NCBI RefSeq assembly: GCF_003231495.1
Contig: NZ_PQWO01000014.1
Location: 30,001 to 62,000 of the forward strand
Reading direction: 5' to 3'
DNA from: Acaryochloris thomasi RCC1774
Lineage (GTDB): Bacteria > Cyanobacteriota > Cyanobacteriia > Thermosynechococcales > Thermosynechococcaceae
Length of the DNA stretch: 32,000 nucleotides
Shown: piece after piece, positions 18,179 to 27,253 of the stretch
How positions within the stretch are numbered: the first letter of the stretch is position 1
Layout: each line of letters opens with the position of its first letter
Translations under genes and position numbers: made by a program
The notes under the pieces: generated by a model
What the model was told of the DNA's origin: nothing
Seen by the model: only the letters and a program-made list of their open reading frames with translations
Databases searched by the model: none

Positions 18179-18544
18179 TATGTTCTGTCTTACTCGTCAA
18201 CAACTAAATTACTTTCCGTTTGATTGCTTCTATTATGTACAGCAATCTAGCCACTTCGCCTAGGTTATCACTATTGACTGGTGCTATTAGGGGCGGTTTC
18301 GCTAAAAGTTTGGTTCGGGTTCCCTCACAAGAATGTAGAAAAATCACCGTTTTATATGGCTCGTGGCACAGACCGATTCAGGTTATGGGTTAAAGAACGG
18401 TGAATAATATGGGCATGCTGAAAGAAATATCTCCAACCCTGAGTCATTTCCACCAATCAGGACATATAAAATAGCAGGCGTAGATCTGTTGCGATCGCAG
18501 CCTCTTCTAAGCCTTCATCAAAGATCTCCTACCCTCTGTACGAT

Positions 18545-20575
18545 ATGGTCAACTCACCTTCCCAACGTAGAGCCCTCATTACCCGGCAGAATTTTTCGCC
18601 CTTTGGGAACAAGTTGATTGCCAAGGGCTATATCGATCAGGATCAGCTCCGCGAGGCCACCGTCGAAAGCCGTCAGTCAGGCCGATCTCTGGTCGAAGTT
18701 TTACAGGGTATGACAGGTCAAGCCCTGCCCCCTGAACTACTCCGTCAGTTCAAGCGCCAGCAGCTCTTTGAACTTAAGATTCTCTATGGTATTGACTCTC
18801 TCGATCCAGAGATCAACCAGATTCCAACCGATCAGGTTGGCGAACTAATTGACACGCTGATTCCCCTTGAGCTTTGCCGCCGCTGCCAGCTGGTGCCGCT
18901 GATGCTGAACCGGGAATCAACGCCACCCGCACTGCTGGTGGCCATGGTGGATCCCGATAACTTAAGAGCTTTAGACGACCTAGGGCGTATTCTACGTCCC
19001 CAGGGCATTAACCTTCAGCGGATGGTGGTTGCGGTTGAAGACTACCAGCAACTGATTGCCAAGTATCTGGATAAACAGGTAGAGCAGCAGGGCCAAGCTC
19101 AGCAGGCTCTTGAGTTTGATCTAGAAGACGATCTCGAAGCCATCATGGGGCTTGAGGAGGTTGCCGATGAGTTAGAAGCTGACCTTGGAGATGCGGTACA
19201 GGATGCAGGGACCGCGCCCATCATTGCCTTGGTGAATAAGATTTTAGCCAAAGCTCTACAAGAGGGCGTATCTGATATTCACATTGAGCCGCAAGAAGAG
19301 AGCCTCAGGGTTCGCTTTCGGAAAGATGGCGTTCTCATGCAGGCCTTTGACCACCTGCCCCGCAAAATTATTCCAGCCGTCATTTCTCGCTTTAAAATTA
19401 TTGCCGAGCTAGATATCGCCGAACGACGCTTGCCGCAGGATGGTCGGATTCGACGCCTATTTCAGGGTCGCAAAATTGACTTCCGGGTTAGTACGCTACC
19501 GAGCCGATATGGTGAGAAGGTGGTGCTGCGAATTCTGGACAACTCCTCGACACAGTTGGGACTCGATAAGCTGATCTCAGATCCTGAGAGCCTCGACATT
19601 GTTCGGGATATGGTCAGTCGTCCCTTCGGACTCATCTTAGTAACCGGGCCAACCGGTTCAGGTAAAACAACAACGCTTTACTCTGCACTCGCTGAGTGTA
19701 ACGACCCCGGCGTCAATATCAGCACGGCGGAAGACCCGATTGAATATACGCTCCCTGGTCTGACTCAGGTACAGGTTATCCGAGAAAAGGGTATGGATTT
19801 CGCCTCTATTTTGCGGGCTTTCCTCAGACAGGATCCAGATGTGATTCTGGTGGGTGAGACTCGGGACAAAGAAACGGCGAAAACGGCTATTGAGGCCGCT
19901 CTCACAGGTCACTTAGTTTTGACCACCCTACACACCAATGATGCAGCCAGTGCGATCGCGCGTCTTGCAGAAATGGATGTTGAACCCTTTATGGTCTCGG
20001 CTTCGCTGATTGGCGTCGTCGCCCAGCGACTGGTCCGCCGGGTTTGTTCCGACTGCAAGATTCCTTATCAGCCCAGTTCGCTGGAGCTGTCCCGCTTTGG
20101 ACTCTCTGCCACCCAGGGCGCAGAAATCACTTTCTATCGTGCTAATACGCTATCAGCAGATGAGATTCAGGCTGCAGAAGCAACAAATCAGACCGTGTGC
20201 CAAACCTGTAAAGGCATCGGCTACAAAGGGCGATGTGGTGTTTACGAAGTGATGCAGGTGACCGAGACCCTTCAGGCCATGATTACCGAAGGGGCACCTA
20301 CCGAACGCATCAAAGAAGTTGCGGTGGAAGAAGGGATGATTACCCTGCTGTCCTACAGTCTCAATCTTGTCAAAGGTGGTGAAACCACTCTGGAAGAGGT
20401 TGAGCGGGTTACCTTCACCGATAGCGGCTTGGAGGCCGAGCTGAAAGCCAAGCGCAAAACCTCACTTACCTGTCGGGTCTGCACCGCAGCTCTCAGACCG
20501 GAATGGCTGGACTGTCCTTTCTGTACGACCCCTCGGTTTGAAGAAGTGCCCGACGAGGCATCATCTGATTTGTAA
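18545..20575 (+). CDS. pilB: Type IV pilus assembly (extension) ATPase PilB, GspE family
   Basis: GspII_E N-terminal-like region. Walker A GPTGSGKTTT. Asp box. Walker B DVILVGETRD. His box GHLVLTTLHTNDA. GspE-type tetracysteine cluster (CSDCK ... CQTCKGIGYKGRC). There is an extra C-terminal CxxC-x10-CxxC tail at nt 20471-20524. Confidence 0.93.
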   Translation: MVNSPSQRRALITRQNFSPFGNKLIAKGYIDQDQLREATVESRQSGRSLVEVLQGMTGQALPPELLRQFKRQQLFELKILYGIDSLDPEINQIPTDQVGELIDTLIPLELCRRCQLVPLMLNRESTPPALLVAMVDPDNLRALDDLGRILRPQGINLQRMVVAVEDYQQLIAKYLDKQVEQQGQAQQALEFDLEDDLEAIMGLEEVADELEADLGDAVQDAGTAPIIALVNKILAKALQEGVSDIHIEPQEESLRVRFRKDGVLMQAFDHLPRKIIPAVISRFKIIAELDIAERRLPQDGRIRRLFQGRKIDFRVSTLPSRYGEKVVLRILDNSSTQLGLDKLISDPESLDIVRDMVSRPFGLILVTGPTGSGKTTTLYSALAECNDPGVNISTAEDPIEYTLPGLTQVQVIREKGMDFASILRAFLRQDPDVILVGETRDKETAKTAIEAALTGHLVLTTLHTNDAASAIARLAEMDVEPFMVSASLIGVVAQRLVRRVCSDCKIPYQPSSLELSRFGLSATQGAEITFYRANTLSADEIQAAEATNQTVCQTCKGIGYKGRCGVYEVMQVTETLQAMITEGAPTERIKEVAVEEGMITLLSYSLNLVKGGETTLEEVERVTFTDSGLEAELKAKRKTSLTCRVCTAALRPEWLDCPFCTTPRFEEVPDEASSDL

Positions 20576-20618
20576 TTGTCTTGAAAATACTAAAGCTAAA
20601 AGGGATTGAGAAACGCTC

Positions 20619-21743
20619 ATGGACTATATGATTGAAGACCTAATGGAAGAGGTTGTCGAGCGAGGCGGCTCTGACCTACACCTATCGGCGGGTTTGCCCC
20701 CCTACATGCGCGTCAACGGTAAGCTCGCGCCTGCCGAGTACGAGCCACTGACGGCAGAAATGTGCCAACGGCTGATCTTCAGCATGCTCAATAATACTCA
20801 GCGAAAGCAGCTTGAGCAAACCTGGGAACTAGACTGCTCCTACGGTGTTAGAGGTCTAGCTCGCTTCCGGGTTAACGTCTACAAAGACCGAGGTACCTAT
20901 GCGGCCGCACTGAGAGCCTTGAGTTCGAAAATTCCCACCATTGAGACCCTGGGCCTGCCTAACATTGTGCGGGAGATGTCTGAGAAGCCACGTGGATTGG
21001 TACTTGTAACCGGTCCCACCGGCTCAGGAAAGTCAACGACGCTAGCGTCAATGATCAACAACATTAATTTGACGCGGGCTGAGCATATTTTGACGGTGGA
21101 AGACCCGATTGAATTTGTCTATGAACCGCTCAAAAGCATGATTCACCAGCGTCAAGTGGGTGAAGATACTAAAAGTTTTGCCAATGCACTGCGGGCCGCG
21201 CTCCGGGAAGATCCCGATGTCATTCTAGTGGGTGAGATGCGGGACTTAGAAACGATTCAGCTTGCCATCTCAGCGGCGGAAACGGGGCACCTGGTCTTCG
21301 GTACCTTGCACACCAGCTCAGCAGCCCAGACCGTTGACCGCATGGTCGATGTGTTCCCGCCAGAGCAGCAAATGCAGGTTCGGGTGCAGCTCTCTAACTC
21401 TCTAGTCTCTGTCTTTAGTCAGACTTTGGTCCCCCGCAAAAATGTCAAACCAGGTGAATTTGGTCGCGTGATGGCTCAGGAAATTATGGCCGTGACACCT
21501 GCGATCGCAAACCTGATTCGAGAAGGCAAAACCTCTCAGATTTATTCTGCCATTCAAACCGGCGGCAAGCTCGGGATGGTGACTTTGGAGAAAGTGCTAG
21601 CTGACCTTTATAAAGCGGGTACTATCTCTTTTGAGGCTGCTATGTCTAAGACGTCTCGCGCAGATGAGCTGCAGCGTCTGATTGGTTCGGCTCAGGTGGG
21701 CGGTCAGATGAATGGTGCTGCTGCAGGCCAACGCCGTCGATAG
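20619..21743 (+). CDS. pilT: Type IV pilus retraction ATPase PilT
   Basis: Walker A GPTGSGKSTT, Walker B DVILVGEMRD, His box GHLVFGTLHTSSA. The PilT-type helix AIANLIREGK resembles the AIRNLIRE signature. The ~374 aa length is typical of PilT. Confidence 0.93.
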   Translation: MDYMIEDLMEEVVERGGSDLHLSAGLPPYMRVNGKLAPAEYEPLTAEMCQRLIFSMLNNTQRKQLEQTWELDCSYGVRGLARFRVNVYKDRGTYAAALRALSSKIPTIETLGLPNIVREMSEKPRGLVLVTGPTGSGKSTTLASMINNINLTRAEHILTVEDPIEFVYEPLKSMIHQRQVGEDTKSFANALRAALREDPDVILVGEMRDLETIQLAISAAETGHLVFGTLHTSSAAQTVDRMVDVFPPEQQMQVRVQLSNSLVSVFSQTLVPRKNVKPGEFGRVMAQEIMAVTPAIANLIREGKTSQIYSAIQTGGKLGMVTLEKVLADLYKAGTISFEAAMSKTSRADELQRLIGSAQVGGQMNGAAAGQRRR

Positions 21744-21797
21744 ATTGTTCTTTCTCTTTGTTTATGTCCGCTTATTTGATTTCTAAAGAGGTGTAAT

Positions 21798-23018
21798 ATG
21801 CCCACCTATGTTGTGCGTGCGCGCAGTCCCCAAGGGAAAGCGAGTAAGCAGAAAATAAATGCCAACTCTCCCAAAGAAGCCCGCGCGAACCTACAGCAGC
21901 AGGGGCTTTACATCCTTGATGTTAAAGAGGCAGAAGGCTTTAGCCTCAATGGCGATCTTGATCTCAGCTTCCTCAACAACATTACGGTCAAAGATAAGGC
22001 GCTGTTCTCTCGTCAGTTTGCGGCCCTTGTTAATGCTGGTGTTGCCCTGGTCCGTGGCTTGGGCGTCATGTCTGAGCAGTGCAAAAATCCTAAGCTTAAG
22101 AAGGCGCTGCTCGACGTCAACGCCGATGTACAGCAGGGTGTGAGTCTTTCGGATGCGATGCGATCGCATCCTGAAGCCTTCGACGAACTTTACGTCGCCA
22201 TGATTCAAGCGGGCGAGATGGGGGGAGTCCTAGATGAAGTTCTTAACCGCCTATCGAAGCTGCTTGAAGATTCAGCTCGACTCAACAACCAGATTAAATC
22301 GGCCCTCGCCTATCCCGTTGTGGTGACACTGATTGCCGTTGCCATCTTCTTTGGTATGGTGATCTTCCTGATCCCTATTTTTGACGGTATTTTCAAACAG
22401 CTCGGAGGCGAACTACCGGCCTTCACCCAGCTACTGGTCAACCTCAGTGAATTTCTCCGTAATCCTGCCTACCTTGTTCCTACTATTGTGGTCATCATTG
22501 GGATTGTATTTGGGATGCGTCAGTACTACAAAACTCGCGCAGGACGAGAAACCATTGACCGGATTTCTCTCAAGGTTCCCCTCTTCGGTGACCTGATTCA
22601 GAAAACAGCCGTTGCGCGCTTCTGCCGCACCTTCGGTTCTCTCTCTCGCTCCGGCGTCCCGATACTGTCAGCGCTAGAAATTGTCCGCGATACCGCAGGC
22701 AACCAGATTATTGCCAACGCCGTTGACGAAGCCCGCCGTGAAATCCAAGGGGGCGGCATGCTTAGCCTCGCCCTCCAGAAAGAAAAGGTCTTTCCGGTGC
22801 TGGCCACGCAGATGATCAATGTCGGTGAAGAAACGGGTGAACTCGACAAAATGCTGATGAAGGTGGCTGACTTCTATGAGGATGAAGTTGAGCAAGCTGT
22901 TAAGGCCATGACCAGCGTTATCGAACCCTTGATGATTGTTGTTCTGGGTGGCATGGTCGGTTCTATTCTCGTCGCCATGTACTTACCCATGTTTAAGGTC
23001 TTCGATTTGGTGGGATAG
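21798..23018 (+). CDS. pilC: Type IV pilus inner-membrane platform protein PilC (GspF family)
   Basis: Two GspF-type repeats, each followed by hydrophobic helices (LAYPVVVTLIAVAIFFGMVIFLIP; IEPLMIVVLGGMVGSILVAMYLPMF). It follows pilB-pilT on the same strand with short gaps. Confidence 0.92.
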   Translation: MPTYVVRARSPQGKASKQKINANSPKEARANLQQQGLYILDVKEAEGFSLNGDLDLSFLNNITVKDKALFSRQFAALVNAGVALVRGLGVMSEQCKNPKLKKALLDVNADVQQGVSLSDAMRSHPEAFDELYVAMIQAGEMGGVLDEVLNRLSKLLEDSARLNNQIKSALAYPVVVTLIAVAIFFGMVIFLIPIFDGIFKQLGGELPAFTQLLVNLSEFLRNPAYLVPTIVVIIGIVFGMRQYYKTRAGRETIDRISLKVPLFGDLIQKTAVARFCRTFGSLSRSGVPILSALEIVRDTAGNQIIANAVDEARREIQGGGMLSLALQKEKVFPVLATQMINVGEETGELDKMLMKVADFYEDEVEQAVKAMTSVIEPLMIVVLGGMVGSILVAMYLPMFKVFDLVG

Positions 23019-23064
23019 CGGTTCGTATCTGTACAATAGCGGCAGCAATAGAGAGAATGGTTGT

Positions 23065-23601
23065 GTGAACCAAAAGCACTCTTCCGGCAATTCTAGCCCT
23101 GCTGCCTTGACTTACTACAAACTACTGGGCCTAAGCCCCACCGCCTCCGAGGACGATGTTCGGCGTGCCTATCGCCAGAAAAGCAAGCTGTATCATCCTG
23201 ATACCACGGAGCTGCCGCTAGAGAAGGCCGCAGAACAGTTTCAAAAGCTGAAGGAAGCTTATACAACCCTCAGCAATGCTGAAGCTCGTCGCCACTACGA
23301 TCGTCAGTTTCGTCCGCCCGTCCCGCGCCGGACGGCCGCTCCTGTTTCGCAGTCGGTCCATCTAAATGCTCAGCAGCGTCCGCTGTCGCCAGGTGAAGTC
23401 TTTGCCCTCTTCTTATTAGGCATTACATTCCTGGTCTGTCTGGTGCTCGCGCTAGTGGTGGGGACCGCTCAAAGTGAGAGCTGGAGGGCGGCACAGCGGT
23501 CTCCAGAATGGGCACAGCCGGTGATCGTTTGGTTCCAGCAGCAGACGACGGCCTCCGCCCCCAACTTATCTGAGGAAGCAGCCCGTCTCCCTCTAGAATA
23601 A
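23065..23601 (+). CDS. J-domain protein with a C-terminal transmembrane helix
   Basis: J domain YYKLLGLSPTASEDDVRRAYRQKSKLYHPD. Hydrophobic helix VFALFLLGITFLVCLVLALVVG. The ORF-track start at 22936 would overlap pilC by 83 nt and encodes non-J-like sequence. I place the start at the in-frame GTG at 23065, which is uncertain. Confidence 0.7.
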   Translation: MNQKHSSGNSSPAALTYYKLLGLSPTASEDDVRRAYRQKSKLYHPDTTELPLEKAAEQFQKLKEAYTTLSNAEARRHYDRQFRPPVPRRTAAPVSQSVHLNAQQRPLSPGEVFALFLLGITFLVCLVLALVVGTAQSESWRAAQRSPEWAQPVIVWFQQQTTASAPNLSEEAARLPLE

Positions 23602-23638
23602 GATCACGTCACTGCGACAGGACTCCAGTAAAGTAGAT

Positions 23639-23920
23639 ATGCCCCAGACTTCCCTTCCCGAAGCGGATACTCCGCTTTACAGCCATCCACTCCCCCAAAT
23701 TGAGCAGTGGCTTAGAGATCAAGGCTGTACACAAGACTCAGAAGAGCTGGATCTTTGGCATTTGCAACATCCCCAATGGCGCGCCGAGCTAAGGCTAGAT
23801 GTTGAAGAATTGTCTGTTGCCTATACGGGTGTTGAAGACGGCGAGCAGACGGTTCGTCGTACCTTCAAATATTCCTTCAGCCGCCGTGATATTGAAGATG
23901 CGGTGTTTGCCGGTCCCTAG
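23639..23920 (+). CDS. Small conserved cyanobacterial-type protein (DUF3143-like, assignment from memory)
   Basis: A 93-aa ORF with an ATG start 37 nt after the J-protein stop. The sequence PLYSHPLPQIEQWLRDQGC ... WRAELRLDVEEL resembles my recollection of the DUF3143 family. This was not verified by search. Confidence 0.5.
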   Translation: MPQTSLPEADTPLYSHPLPQIEQWLRDQGCTQDSEELDLWHLQHPQWRAELRLDVEELSVAYTGVEDGEQTVRRTFKYSFSRRDIEDAVFAGP

Positions 23921-23967
23921 ACGTTGGGGCCAAGCACCAAGTCTAAAAAGCGTAAGGTCAAAACCCT

Positions 23968-24714
23968 TTAAATACGACCGAAGCGTCGATGCCGCTGCTG
24001 ATAATTTTGTAGTGCCTGATGCAGCTCGGCACGGTCAAAGTCGGGCCACAGAGTATCGGTGACATACAGTTCAGCGTAGGCCACCTGCCACAGCAAAAAG
24101 TTGCTGACCCGCATCTCGCCGCTGGTACGAATCAACAGATCGGGGTCACAGATACCGGCGGTATAGAGATGGGACGCAAACAGAGATTCATCAATTTCTT
24201 CGACGGCTAATTTGCCTTGCTGCACCTGAGTCGCAATCTGGCGACAGGCCTGTAAAATCTCCCAGCGCCCGCCATAGTTGGTGGCAACAACAAACTGAAT
24301 GCCTTTGTTAGCCTGGGTGGCGTCAACAGCTCGCTGGATTTCAGATTGGAGTGACGGGGGCAGTGCCTTGAGATCGCCAACGAAGCGAATCTGCACGCCT
24401 TCGGTCATCATTTCGTCGAGTTCGCGCCGCAGAACTCGCTCGAACAGAGTCATTAAAAAATCAACTTCCTCTAAGGGGCGTCCCCAGTTCTCAGTGGAAA
24501 AGGCATAGGCTGTAAGAGATTCAATACCCCAGTCTTTGCAGCAGCGCAGTAAAGACTTGAGCGTATCGACACCGCGACGGTGACCCATGATTCGAGGAAG
24601 TCCCCGCTGGTTCGCCCATCGCCCGTTTCCATCCATGATCACGGCAATGTGCCGAGGCAGCCTCTGGACATCGAGGTCAATGGGTAAATCCTGTAGGATG
24701 GGTTTCGAAATCAT
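23968..24714 (-). CDS. uppS: Undecaprenyl (isoprenyl) diphosphate synthase UppS
   Basis: Cis-prenyltransferase motifs are present: [50 protein letters not shown]. The start overlaps the cdaA stop (ATGA at 24711-24714). Confidence 0.95.
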   Translation of the reverse strand: MISKPILQDLPIDLDVQRLPRHIAVIMDGNGRWANQRGLPRIMGHRRGVDTLKSLLRCCKDWGIESLTAYAFSTENWGRPLEEVDFLMTLFERVLRRELDEMMTEGVQIRFVGDLKALPPSLQSEIQRAVDATQANKGIQFVVATNYGGRWEILQACRQIATQVQQGKLAVEEIDESLFASHLYTAGICDPDLLIRTSGEMRVSNFLLWQVAYAELYVTDTLWPDFDRAELHQALQNYQQRHRRFGRI

Positions 24715-25619
24715 GTTTTCTTGCGAGAACCAGGAAAAGGAAGTCGGGGTAAGAGGGCGAGGCTTTTTTCCCGAAGTTGGCGTCGGATACCTCTGAGGCT
24801 AGGCGTGACGACCTCATCAACGGAGGGGTTGACTCGTGCTTCTAGTAATTCTTTCAGTTTACTGCTAGTTAAGGGCCGATTGAGCGTTCCTTGCTCGGCT
24901 AAAGAGATAGATCCTGTTTCTTCTGAAACCACGACACAAATGCAGTTCTCGACCCGCTCGGTGATGCCCATTGCGGCTCGGTGACGCGTCCCCAACTGCC
25001 GAGACGCGGTGCGCTCAGAAATGGGCAGAATCACCCCTGCGGCCACGATCCGCGCCCCCCGGATGAGGATAGCACCATCGTGGAGCAAAGTGGAGGTTTG
25101 AAAGATGGTTTGGATGAGTTCACGCGAGATTTCGGCGCTCAGGCGTATTCCAGGAACTGAGAAGTCCCGTTCATCAATGGGAATATCCTGCGTTTCTAAA
25201 ATTAGAAGCGCACCGGTCCGGTTCTGAGACAGCTCTTTGACGGCATCGACAATTTCATCGAGAACGGTTTTTGGCCCCTGGACGCCTTGACGGGTCGGAC
25301 GCAGCATATTGAGGATGTCGCCTCGTCCTAGCTGTTCTAGAAAGCGACGGGCCTCTGACTGCAGAATGACGGCCATTGCTACGGCAGAACCAATGACTAA
25401 ATTACTGAGGACAAAGCTGAGCAGCGTCAACCCCAATCGATTACTGGCTGCGGCCGCTAGCATCAAAAAAATAAAACCCCGCACCATCCAGAGCGTGCGA
25501 CGCTCTGCAATGACGAGCAAGACCATATAGGTGAGCGCTAGGACAAGGCCAACATCTAGCAAAAAGGTTAAGGACTCAGTCCAGTTCTGATTTGTCAGCC
25601 ATGCTTGCAGCCCTTCCAT
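24711..25619 (-). CDS. cdaA: Membrane-bound diadenylate cyclase CdaA (c-di-AMP synthase)
   Basis: Three N-terminal hydrophobic helices. The DAC domain has [18 protein letters not shown] (DGA motif) and [13 protein letters not shown] (RHR motif). Confidence 0.92.
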   Translation of the reverse strand: MEGLQAWLTNQNWTESLTFLLDVGLVLALTYMVLLVIAERRTLWMVRGFIFLMLAAAASNRLGLTLLSFVLSNLVIGSAVAMAVILQSEARRFLEQLGRGDILNMLRPTRQGVQGPKTVLDEIVDAVKELSQNRTGALLILETQDIPIDERDFSVPGIRLSAEISRELIQTIFQTSTLLHDGAILIRGARIVAAGVILPISERTASRQLGTRHRAAMGITERVENCICVVVSEETGSISLAEQGTLNRPLTSSKLKELLEARVNPSVDEVVTPSLRGIRRQLREKSLALLPRLPFPGSRKKT

Positions 25620-25715
25620 TCCGGCGGTTTAACCCTTATCTCGGTCGGTTTTAGATCAGTCGTGGTTTACCCTTGCAGGCTTCCAGATCAGCAGCCTATG
25701 GGAAATGCTGTCTTG

Positions 25716-27110
25716 TTAAACGGGCTGCAGCCGTGAGGGCAGGCAATCGTGACGTATGAGGTCTTGAAATGTTTCCCGCTGCACAATTAGATTTGCTTCT
25801 CCGGCCTGGACTAGGACCGCTGCGGGTCGGGGCAGACGATTGTAGTTGGAGGCCATGCTGTAATTGTAGGCACCTGTCCCTAAGATTACGAGGATATCTC
25901 CAGGTTGGCTAGGGGGTAGAGCTGCATCTTTTAGGAGGATATCGCCAGATTCGCAGTGTTTTCCGGCAATTGTGACCGTTTCTGAGGCTGCTTCGGTCAT
26001 GCGATTGGCAATTACGGGACTATAAAGCGACTGGTAGGTAATGGGGCGGGGATTATCTGACATGCCGCCATCGACGCTGAGATAGGTCCGCACGCCAGGA
26101 ACCGTTTTTTGACTGCCCACGGTGTAGGCGGTGAGGCAGGCTGACCCAATTAAAGACCGTCCAGGTTCACACAGAAGCTTGGGGTAGGGAAGCTGCTTCG
26201 CTTGGCAGGCTTTGGCAATCCCTTCGCAAACAACTTGGGACCAGGTCAAGATACTGGGGGGATCGTCGGACTCGACGTAGCGAATGCCAAGGCCGCCGCC
26301 GACGTTGAGTTCTTGCATCGGCAACCCGGCCTGGTGAGCCTGCTCCAGCCAGCTAACGATCACGCTGGTGAGGTCTTGATGGGGCTGTAGCTCAAAGATT
26401 TGGGAGCCGATGTGGGCATGGAGTCCAACCCAGTTGATTTCGGAATGTTTTTGGGCAAAGGTGAGTAGGTCGCTGAATTGCCCAGGGTCAAAGCCAAACT
26501 TGCTGTCCAGGTGTCCGGTGCGAATGTATTCATGGGTATGGCATTCGATGCCGGGGGTCATGCGGAACATGACGCGGGGAGAATGTTCAGGCGCTAGTTC
26601 TTGAACGAGCTCAACGAGCAGGTCTAGCTCTAGCCAGTTATCAGCGATGATCGTGCAGTGGTTTGCGATCGCAAGCTTCAATTCATCCTGAGACTTGTTG
26701 TTGCCGTGCAGATAGAGCTTGGCCGAATCCACACCAGCCTGAAGTGCGGTGTACAGCTCGCCGCCGGAGACCACATCAATCCCTAGTCCCTCGCTGGCGA
26801 CTAGGGCACAGATAGCAAGGCAATTCCAGGCCTTGGACGCGTAGAGAACCTGAGACTCGCCTGGGTAGAACTGCTCGAAGGCTTGTCGATATTGCTGACA
26901 GGCGACCCTCACCGTATGCTCATCAACAATATAAAGCGGCGACCCAAACTGTTTGACCAGATCAACCACGTCACAGTCACCGACGGTCAGCGTTCCCTGG
27001 TCAGAGGTCACTGCGGTCAAAGGAATGAGCTGCTGATTGGGAGATCTCTGCTCTGAAAGCACTGGGGAAGCTGGAGACTGACGGGTCTCAAGATTTTGCA
27101 CGGATACCAT
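25716..27110 (-). CDS. lysA: Diaminopimelate decarboxylase LysA
   Basis: PLP-dependent decarboxylase motifs: VLYASKAW, HAHIGSQ, LNVGGGLG, CEPGRSLIG, GAYNYSMASNYN. I chose the start at Met46 of the ORF-track frame (ATG at 27110, MVSVQN...). The 45-aa upstream extension (to 27245) is R/F-rich and not LysA-like. Confidence 0.9.
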   Translation of the reverse strand: MVSVQNLETRQSPASPVLSEQRSPNQQLIPLTAVTSDQGTLTVGDCDVVDLVKQFGSPLYIVDEHTVRVACQQYRQAFEQFYPGESQVLYASKAWNCLAICALVASEGLGIDVVSGGELYTALQAGVDSAKLYLHGNNKSQDELKLAIANHCTIIADNWLELDLLVELVQELAPEHSPRVMFRMTPGIECHTHEYIRTGHLDSKFGFDPGQFSDLLTFAQKHSEINWVGLHAHIGSQIFELQPHQDLTSVIVSWLEQAHQAGLPMQELNVGGGLGIRYVESDDPPSILTWSQVVCEGIAKACQAKQLPYPKLLCEPGRSLIGSACLTAYTVGSQKTVPGVRTYLSVDGGMSDNPRPITYQSLYSPVIANRMTEAASETVTIAGKHCESGDILLKDAALPPSQPGDILVILGTGAYNYSMASNYNRLPRPAAVLVQAGEANLIVQRETFQDLIRHDCLPSRLQPV

Positions 27111-27253
27111 AGGTTCTGAGGGAGCAAATTGAACGAACAACGAACGCCAGATAGCCAGGGACCCATACTTTCTGAAGCTCAATACTCTTAGTCTACAATC
27201 TGCTGGCCGTCCGCGTGGGGTGGAATACTCAACAAATGCAGCCAAAGAAATTT

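Noticed and set aside
17900-18223. Two overlapping + strand ORFs (107 aa and 80 aa) antisense to the grpE 5' region.
   Set aside because: They mirror the acidic low-complexity N-terminus of GrpE. The translations are Cys/Ser/Leu-rich with no motifs or start signals.
18300-18340. A tRNA-like T-loop resemblance (GGTTCGGGTTCC) in the grpE/pilB spacer.
   Set aside because: No acceptor stem, anticodon arm or D-arm can be folded around it. It is an isolated similarity only.
18599-18709. A possible MshEN-type c-di-GMP binding motif in the PilB N-terminus (FGNKLIAKGYIDQDQLREATVESRQ...).
   Set aside because: Only the G-x2-LI-x2-G-xI-x4-L core matches the motif as I remember it (RLGxxLLxxGLLxxxxLxxxLxxQ). 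The leading Arg and the terminal Gln are not in register, and the second half-motif is poor. This is not enough to claim c-di-GMP binding.
22936-23064. The upstream extension of the J-domain ORF, which overlaps the pilC 3' end.
   Set aside because: It would overlap pilC by 83 nt and encodes W/C/S-rich sequence unrelated to J proteins. An in-frame GTG at 23065 after the pilC stop is more plausible.
27111-27245. The longer lysA ORF start (509 aa, from 27245).
   Set aside because: The extra 45 residues (MAAFVEYSTPRGRPADCRLRVLSFRKYGSL...) are unlike LysA N-termini. The internal Met (MVSVQN...) gives a length and N-terminus consistent with cyanobacterial LysA as I remember it.
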